From Deltaproteobacteria bacterium (GTDB lineage Bacteria > Desulfobacterota > DSM-4660 > Desulfatiglandales > Desulfatiglandaceae), in contig JAFDAP010000001.1 of assembly GCA_019313765.1 (NCBI GenBank), forward strand, positions 1 to 32,025: 32,025 nucleotides of DNA, given 5' to 3'. Shown one piece after another: positions 8,994-16,000 of this stretch. How positions within the stretch are numbered: the first letter of the stretch is position 1; every line of letters starts with the position of its first letter. A program made the translations under genes and the position numbers. The notes under the pieces are model-generated. The model ran no database searches. It worked only from the letters and a program-made list of their open reading frames with translations, and was not told the DNA's origin.

Positions 8994-10649
8994 TTATTTC
9001 TGTTCATCCAGCGGGATGCCTATCCGGCGCATCAGATCCTGGAAGCGCGGGTAGGAGCGCAAGGGGTCCCAGAAAGGTCTGCCGAGGTAGGGCAGGTTGG
9101 GTTCGTGCTCCTCGTAGGCCTCAGGATCGACCTGGCGGGCTTGGGAGAGACGGGTCGTTTCATCTGCCGTTAGCTTGACTCGAGTCTTATTGGCAATGCT
9201 GCGCGCCATTTCGCCATACATCACCAGCACATCGGTCATGGCCCTTTCGTATGTCTGTGCCCAAAGGTTTCGCTCCTCGGGAAGCACTTCGATCAACTGT
9301 AACCTGATGCGTACTTTTTCGCCAACCTGATATACAGTCCCTTCCACCACGGCATCCACGTTTAACTCCCGGGCAATCTCCTGTAAAGTCTTCTCCGCAT
9401 CCTTATACTGCATGACTGATCTGCGGGAAATTACCCGCTTGAATGCACTGATCTGAGCCAGCTGCCCGATCAACTCATCGGTCACTCCATCAACGAAAAT
9501 CTCCTGCCCAGCATCGCCTGTCAAGTTTTCAAGCGGTAGAACTGCGATCGAATCAATGGCCTCAGCACGGCCTGTGAAAAGACTGAGTGCTATCACAGTC
9601 ATTATGATGAAAAATCCTGCACTGCCTGCATAAAGAATGGCCTTTTTTTTCCTGTGCTGCCTTGCTTTCCTCATCCTCGTTTTGATCTCTTCCGGGACTA
9701 TTCCTGCGGATATCGACTTCAAGTCATCTAACAGTTCCTCTACCTGCTGGTATCGCTTATCCGGATCCTTCTCAAGAGCCTTTTTCACAACCTGACCTAT
9801 AGACATAGGAATCTCTGAACGTATATCCGTGACCGGCTTGGGCGTTTCTTTCAGAATTGAATACACAACGGCCTGTTCACGCTCCCCCTTGAAGGGCAAT
9901 TGACCACTGAACATCTCATAGAGGACCACACCTAATGACCAGATGTCCGTACGATGATCAACCTCTTCCCCTCGGGCTTGCTCAGGAGACATATAGGCGA
10001 TCGTCCCCATGGCCGTCCCTTTTTGCGTTAACAGAGTTCCTTCAGTCCTCCGGGCCAGTCCAAAATCCATGATCTTCGACTGGCCTTTATTCGTCACCAT
10101 GATATTGGCGCTCTTGATGTCCCTGTGTATGACTCCTTTCTTGTGGGCTTCCTGCAATCCTTCTGCGATTTGTTCAGCGATCCTGAGGGTTTCCTCAAGC
10201 TCCATTGGTCCCGATTCTATCTTTTTCTTTAGGTTATGGCCTTCAATATAGGCCATGGAGATGAAGTTTTTTTCCTCATCCTCATCGAATTCATAAACAG
10301 TACAAATATTGGGATGATCCAGAGCGGCAGCAGCCTGTGCCTCGCGCATGAACCTCTCTTTGACCTCAGGAATATGGGTTAGATCTGGCGGAAGAAACTT
10401 CAAGGCTACAGTGCGCTTCAACTTTGTATCCTCAGCTTTATAGACTACACCCATGCCTCCCCTACCCAGTTCTTCGATGAGCTGGTATCGACCTGCAAAA
10501 GTTATCCCTTTGATCAAATCCTTAACCGGTGTTTGGAGAGTCTTGGTATGGGAAATAGAGATCTCCTCTGAGAAAGGAAGAGGTGTAGCACAGTTGCTGC
10601 AAAAACGTGCAGCATCAGCATTATCTGACTGACACATTGGGCATTTCAT
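8994..10649 (-). CDS. Membrane Ser/Thr protein kinase: N-terminal zinc ribbon, Hanks kinase domain, one TM helix, extracytoplasmic TolB-N-like module
   Basis: The zinc ribbon is 'CPMCQSDN..CSNC'. Kinase motifs are 'GGMGVVYKA', 'VALKFL', 'HRDIKSANIMV', 'DFGLA' and 'YMSPEQ'. The TM helix is 'AILYAGSAGFFIIMTVIALSLF', followed by 'IAVLPLENLTGDAGQEIFVDGVTDELI'. I place the start at M24 of the track ORF (ATG 10649) because AAGAGGAAA precedes it and the zinc ribbon starts right there. Confidence 0.9.
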   Translation of the reverse strand: MKCPMCQSDNADAARFCSNCATPLPFSEEISISHTKTLQTPVKDLIKGITFAGRYQLIEELGRGGMGVVYKAEDTKLKRTVALKFLPPDLTHIPEVKERFMREAQAAAALDHPNICTVYEFDEDEEKNFISMAYIEGHNLKKKIESGPMELEETLRIAEQIAEGLQEAHKKGVIHRDIKSANIMVTNKGQSKIMDFGLARRTEGTLLTQKGTAMGTIAYMSPEQARGEEVDHRTDIWSLGVVLYEMFSGQLPFKGEREQAVVYSILKETPKPVTDIRSEIPMSIGQVVKKALEKDPDKRYQQVEELLDDLKSISAGIVPEEIKTRMRKARQHRKKKAILYAGSAGFFIIMTVIALSLFTGRAEAIDSIAVLPLENLTGDAGQEIFVDGVTDELIGQLAQISAFKRVISRRSVMQYKDAEKTLQEIARELNVDAVVEGTVYQVGEKVRIRLQLIEVLPEERNLWAQTYERAMTDVLVMYGEMARSIANKTRVKLTADETTRLSQARQVDPEAYEEHEPNLPYLGRPFWDPLRSYPRFQDLMRRIGIPLDEQK

Positions 10650-10783
10650 CGCCAATTTCCTCTTGGGAGTAGAATATAGAATACTTTGTGAGGAAGTCAA
10701 ATCATTTGAACACCCCAAAAAAGTATTCTCCTTAAAAGATTATTTATCCCTTAAAAATGTATTTATAAATATTTTTTTCTATT

Positions 10784-10815
10784 GCAATAATAAGCCATTT
10801 ATGGCATATTATTGC
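10784..10815. promoter_or_regulatory. Candidate AbiEi operator: 15-bp inverted repeat, 2-bp spacer, ending 1 nt before the abiEi ATG
   Basis: The sequence is GCAATAATAAGCCAT-TT-ATGGCATATTATTGC, with 14/15 positions complementary. It lies in the AT-rich divergent intergenic region directly in front of ATG 10817. Confidence 0.4.
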
Positions 10816-10816
10816 C

Positions 10817-11446
10817 ATGAAATGGGAAGAGCTTCTTCAAATTGTTGGTAAAGAACCTGTTTTTCACTCAAGCATACTGATTGCAGGTGGAGTAAATCCA
10901 ATAGATCTAGGAAGACAACTGCCACGCTGGGTGAAATCAGGAAAACTTATCCAGCTACGTCGTAGATTATATGTTCTGTCCAAACAATACCAGAAAACAA
11001 GTCCGCATCCGTTTCTTATTGCGAATCAAATTAAACGAGCTTCATATGTGAGCCTACAATCTGCTTTAGAATATCATGGCCTCATTCCAGAATATGTTCC
11101 TATTGTCACCAGCATAAGCACAGGGCGTCCAGAAAAAGTTGATACTCCTTTAGGTTCTTTCATTTTTAAGCACATTAAAAAAGAGCTTTTTTCAAACTAT
11201 CAGCTTGTTGACCTCGGTGAGGAGCAATCGGCTTTTATCGCAACGCCGGAAAAAGCTCTTCTTGACCTACTTTATCTGACACCAGGTTCGGACAAACCTG
11301 AATATTTACAGGAACTCCGGTTGCAGAATTTTACAACTAAAAACATAAATATTCTGATCGAGCTTGCTGGTAAAAGTGGCATCAGAAAACTACTGTATGC
11401 TTCTCGAAGGATTAAGACTATGTTATCTGAAAGTGAAATATCATGA
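10817..11446 (+). CDS. abiEi: Type IV toxin-antitoxin system antitoxin, AbiEi family (wHTH transcriptional autoregulator)
   Basis: The 209-aa ORF has the AbiEi_4-like N-terminus 'MKWEELLQIVGKEPVFHSSILIAGG..LPRWVKSGKLIQLRRRLYVL'. It overlaps the downstream AbiEii gene by 4 bp (ATGA). Confidence 0.85.
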   Translation: MKWEELLQIVGKEPVFHSSILIAGGVNPIDLGRQLPRWVKSGKLIQLRRRLYVLSKQYQKTSPHPFLIANQIKRASYVSLQSALEYHGLIPEYVPIVTSISTGRPEKVDTPLGSFIFKHIKKELFSNYQLVDLGEEQSAFIATPEKALLDLLYLTPGSDKPEYLQELRLQNFTTKNINILIELAGKSGIRKLLYASRRIKTMLSESEIS

Positions 11447-12258
11447 AAGAACAAATCAAGCAGATCATCAATGAAACAGCCAACAAATTGCAAGCAAGGA
11501 GCAGAGTACGGGAATACTGTCAGGCGAGAATTCTTCAATTTCTCCAAGAAAATGGCTTATTCCGCTCCTGGATCTTTCACGGAGGAACAGCACTAAGATT
11601 TTTGTACAGACTCCCTCGATATTCCGAAGATCTGGATTTTGCACTCAAAAGCTCAAAAACTGCGAGAAATTTCTCAGAAATCATTTCAAAGGTAACAAAA
11701 GCTTTTGAAGCCGAAGCTTACAGCATAGATACAAAGCTCAATGATCAGAAAGTTGTAAAATCTGCTTTTATTCGATTCCCTGGATTACTGCATGAAATCG
11801 GTCTTTCTCCGCATAAATCAGAGGCACTCTCAATTAAGATTGAAGTTGACAGCAATCCTCCTCCAGGAGGGATAACTGAAACTTCTGTTATTCGCCGCTA
11901 TGTGATCCTTAACGTGCAGCATTATGATAAAGCATCTCTCCTAAGCGGCAAACTACATGCCTTACTCGCCCGTCCTTACATTAAAGGACGTGATCTGTAT
12001 GACCTATTCTGGTACTTATCTGATCCCCTGTGGCCGACACCAAATATTAAATTTCTGAATGAAGCTCTCCTTCAGACAACTTGGAAAGGCCCTGAAATCA
12101 CAGAATCAAACTGGAATTTACTTACAGCAAAAAGGCTGAAATCTATCAATTGGGAAACCGCTGTCAAAGATACCCATCCTTTTATTGAAAAAGCCTCCGA
12201 TCTGAAGCTTTTAACAAAGGAAAACGTCATGGATATTCTAAAAAGAAGGAGAGGGTAA
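11443..12258 (+). CDS. abiEii: Type IV TA toxin, AbiEii/AbiGii nucleotidyltransferase family (DUF1814)
   Basis: The 271-aa ORF carries the NTase motif 'HGGTALRFLYRLPRYSEDLDFAL' and the downstream 'KGRDLYDLFW'. It is translationally coupled to abiEi. Confidence 0.9.
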   Translation: MKEQIKQIINETANKLQARSRVREYCQARILQFLQENGLFRSWIFHGGTALRFLYRLPRYSEDLDFALKSSKTARNFSEIISKVTKAFEAEAYSIDTKLNDQKVVKSAFIRFPGLLHEIGLSPHKSEALSIKIEVDSNPPPGGITETSVIRRYVILNVQHYDKASLLSGKLHALLARPYIKGRDLYDLFWYLSDPLWPTPNIKFLNEALLQTTWKGPEITESNWNLLTAKRLKSINWETAVKDTHPFIEKASDLKLLTKENVMDILKRRRG

Positions 12259-12319
12259 ATGAGAACATCCCTTCCAGGCCAGCACCCGATTCTTGTAAAT
12301 TCTATATCAACAATTGGGG

Positions 12320-13021
12320 CTAAATAAATTTCTCTCTGTTCTGAAGACGGAGAAGAGCAAAGAGAGTGGCCACCACGGAACCCATGATCAGGTAGAGACG
12401 GTTGTAGAATGTAGTCTGGGCCCAGAGCACCGACCTAAGGGCATCCACACTGCGGAAGGGGTTGTGAAAGAGAAACCAGCTGCTGTTCTGAATCTCTTCG
12501 GCCAGCACCCAAAAGAACAAGAGAAAGATAACCATAATTACCGCAGTGACATTGCCGCTGGTGGACTGGGCAGAAATATAAAAGGCCAGGCTCCCCAAAA
12601 AGATCACCGGTATCATCACATGGAAAACCATCCGCCATATGGGGAAATCGGCCAGGGTGAGACGGCAGAGGAGAACCAGGGCGAACATCATAACGGCGAT
12701 GATGATGTAGAGCGTTACCAACCGTGTCAACCAAACTTTGTAGCGGTAATCGGGGATGCCAAAAAGTGTTTCCACCATGCGCGTGTCCTGGTCCCTCTGT
12801 ATGCCGTATACCGAAGGATAGAAGACAAGCAGAATTCCCGGTGCCAGGAGATAATTATAAAGATTTTCCGAATTGGGCGTCCCCCCTCGTCCCAGCAGGC
12901 CTATGACCAGGATCAGGAAAAAGAGGCCCATGGCCAGTCCCAGAAAAACAACGAACCGTCCGCCGAAAACATGGAGGGCATTATATCTCAAAAAGGCGAC
13001 TGCGGTTTTAATCCTGTTCAT
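12320..13021 (-). CDS. Small polytopic membrane protein, probable ABC-2-type permease partner of the fused NBD
   Basis: The protein is 233 aa from 'MNRIKTAVAFLRY' and has six hydrophobic helices by eye. ATG 13021-13019 overlaps the TGA (13020-13018) of the upstream gene as ATGA. The track start at 13063 lies inside the upstream CDS. The permease family assignment is inferred from size, topology and context only. Confidence 0.6.
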   Translation of the reverse strand: MNRIKTAVAFLRYNALHVFGGRFVVFLGLAMGLFFLILVIGLLGRGGTPNSENLYNYLLAPGILLVFYPSVYGIQRDQDTRMVETLFGIPDYRYKVWLTRLVTLYIIIAVMMFALVLLCRLTLADFPIWRMVFHVMIPVIFLGSLAFYISAQSTSGNVTAVIMVIFLLFFWVLAEEIQNSSWFLFHNPFRSVDALRSVLWAQTTFYNRLYLIMGSVVATLFALLRLQNREKFI

Positions 13022-16000
13022 GGCGTGTCTCCTTCGTTCCTTTCGGTCGAACCCATCAACCACATGTAGGAATCCTCCAGGGTGGGAACCACTTGTTTAG
13101 CCTCTTCAAAAGGCTGCTTCCCGGCTAGGATCCGCACTCTGACCTTGCCTGCATCCCTCATATGATGGACCACTTTGGTAGCACGTCGGATCCTATCTAG
13201 ATCACCTTCCGGAATAAGGGCCTGCCAGACATTGCCTCGAGTCCGTTCGACCAATTCCTTGGGAGTGCCGACGAACTTGACTCTTCCCTCCAGCAGAACA
13301 GCCACTTTGTTGCATGAGCTGGAGATGTCCTCAATGATGTGGGTGGAGAAGATCACGATGCGGTCCTTGGCCAATTCAGACAGAAGATTCCTGAATTTGA
13401 TTCTCTCCCTTGGATCCAGTCCCGCCGTCGGTTCATCCACCACCAGGATCCTGGGAAGCTTGAGCAGGGTCTGGGCGATGCCGACCCGCTGCTTCATCCC
13501 TCCTGAAAATGTCCCAATTTTGTTGTCCCGGTTATCCGTAAGATGAACGGATTCCAGCGCGGTGCTGACGATGCGTTCCCTTTCTACCTTGTTCCATATC
13601 CCTTTGAGCATGGCCTGGTAGTCCAGAAACTGGACGACGGTCATGTTTTCATAGGTGCCGAATTCTTGGGGCAGATAGCCGATCAAGGCCTGAAGTTCCT
13701 CCCTGTGCTCCTCCAGGTCCAAGTGATTGAAGGACACTTTACCCCGGCTGGGGCCCAGGATGCCGCAGATGATGCGCATCAGGGTTGTCTTTCCCGCGCC
13801 GTTGGGTCCCACCAGTCCGAACATCCCGCTTCCAATGGAGAGGGAGATTTGGTCCAGTGCTCGGAATGGCTTTTTCTTTCGACTGAGCAAGGGAACACTT
13901 TGAACGAATCTGTAGAAGGCGCGCCGCAGCCGACCAAACCGCCCGGTCAGGCGGTCAATATTAACGCCCTTTTCCTCCAAACGTTTGGCTACGGCCTTGA
14001 GAAGAATGGCCAGATACCAGATCATGCCAAAAAAAACAGTGGAAAATGTATCCTGCCACAAACCATTCAACCAGAGGAGCACAGGAATGGGCAGTCCCCA
14101 GCGAACCACCTTCTCTCCTAGGTCAAATATCCGTTCCCGCAGGCGCCGGGCCGGTCCCGGTGCGGGTTTGAAGGTGCGGAACAAATTCAGGGTAGCCAAA
14201 TAGAAGACGATGACCAGAATCAGCCGCCACAATCCTCCTTTGATGTAAAAGAACAGGAAAAAGACCAGAAAGGCATAGAGGGGAAGGAGATAAACCCAGC
14301 GGGCCAGACGCTCCTTAAAAGGAAGGCTTCCTGATGATACCTCCCGGTCCCTGCCCCCTTTCTTCCACTCTTTTGCGAATTTAATAAAATCGTCATAGAC
14401 CTTGGATACATTGCGGATGGTGATGGTGATGGGTGCATCATCGGCAAAAAGCTGGGTGCGGCTGCGTCGGAGGCTGGTTCTGACAAACCATGTGCCGGCG
14501 GGAATAGCGGCCAAAAGCCCCAGTATGTAGGCGGACTGCCAGAGCACTGAATGGATGGTGTTGATGATCAGGACCAGACCCAAGAAAAACAGCCCCAGCA
14601 TCAGGAGCTTGGTTTTGAGCGGCAGCCTGTTCAGCCAGCGCAGGGTGTTGTCCAGGCCAAAGGCAGCTGTGGGGATGATGACCAGGGTGAAGAGGGTGGC
14701 GAAGGCCAGCCCCCCGATGACTGTGATGGCAAAGGGGGCGCCGATCTGGGAGATGTATTCTGCCCGGCCCATGGCAATGGGCAGCATGGCCAGGATGGTG
14801 GTTACCGCTGTGATCAGGATGGGCCTGACCCGGGTCTGGCCAGCCGTGATCAGGGCACGTGACAAGCGAAAATTTTTCCGTTGGAGGATGCGCGAGTAGT
14901 CGATCAGTATGATGCCGTTGTTGACGACGACACCCAGAAGGATCAGGAATCCGATAAGCGCATTGGCATTGTAGATGGAGTTCCCTGTAAGGATGAGAGC
15001 CAGGAAGGCACCCACCGCGGCCAGGGGCAGGGTGAACATCATCACCAGAGGAGTGATCAGGGATTCGAAGGTGGAGGCAAGGACCATGAAGATGAGCAGG
15101 ATCCCTATTCCAATAAGAAAGTAAAATTCCGAAATGTCGCTTTCATCATGGGCCACTTCAATGGCCACGCCGGGAGGCGGGTAGATACCGGCGACAATGT
15201 CCTCGATCTCCGTCCGGGCCTGATCCAGAAGGGTGCTGGATTCCTCGATATCTGACTCGAACTGGTAGGTCACTGTTACCTGTTTTTCCTGGTTTATCCG
15301 ACTGATCCGGCTGTAGCCTGCCGAATACAGGAGTTTGGAAATCTGGGTGATGGGGACCAACCCCTCCGAGGCGGATGGGATCTGGAGCCTGCGAAGGTCA
15401 TCCGAAGTTTTCTCTTCTTCCTCTTCAGTCTTCAAGATGATGTCCACCTCTTCCGGGCCATCCATGTACTTGACGGTGGCGGATATCTCCTTCTGGAAAG
15501 TGTTAAGCTCATCCATAACTGACTGAAGCCCTACATCAAAATGTTTGAGTGCTGCCTTGTCAAGAAGGAGATCGATGCTGGGCTGCTGGTTGGAAACGCT
15601 GATATTGACCGATCTTACGGTATCGAGATTTTCAATATTGTATTGGATATCCTCGGCTATAGCCCTCAAGATCTCCAGGTCTTGACCACTGAGGATAACC
15701 TTTTCCTGGCTGGCTCCCATACCGAGAAGCCGCTGAAAATCCTGGCCTCTGCCGCTGCCGCCCTGAAAGCCAACATTCTGGGTGGGTTCTTCGTAGGAAA
15801 AGTCGATTCGAGGGAAGGCATCATCCAGCATTCCCTCGATGGAGTCCTTGATCTCCTCGAGAGGACGTCCGGCGATCTTCTCATATCCCTTCTCCAGCTG
15901 AAACGTCAGAACGATGTTGTCCTCCTGGATGGATGATGTCCGTTCCTCTATCTCCTGCATGTCCTTCAACCGCTTATCCATCTCCCGGGCCTGTTCATCC

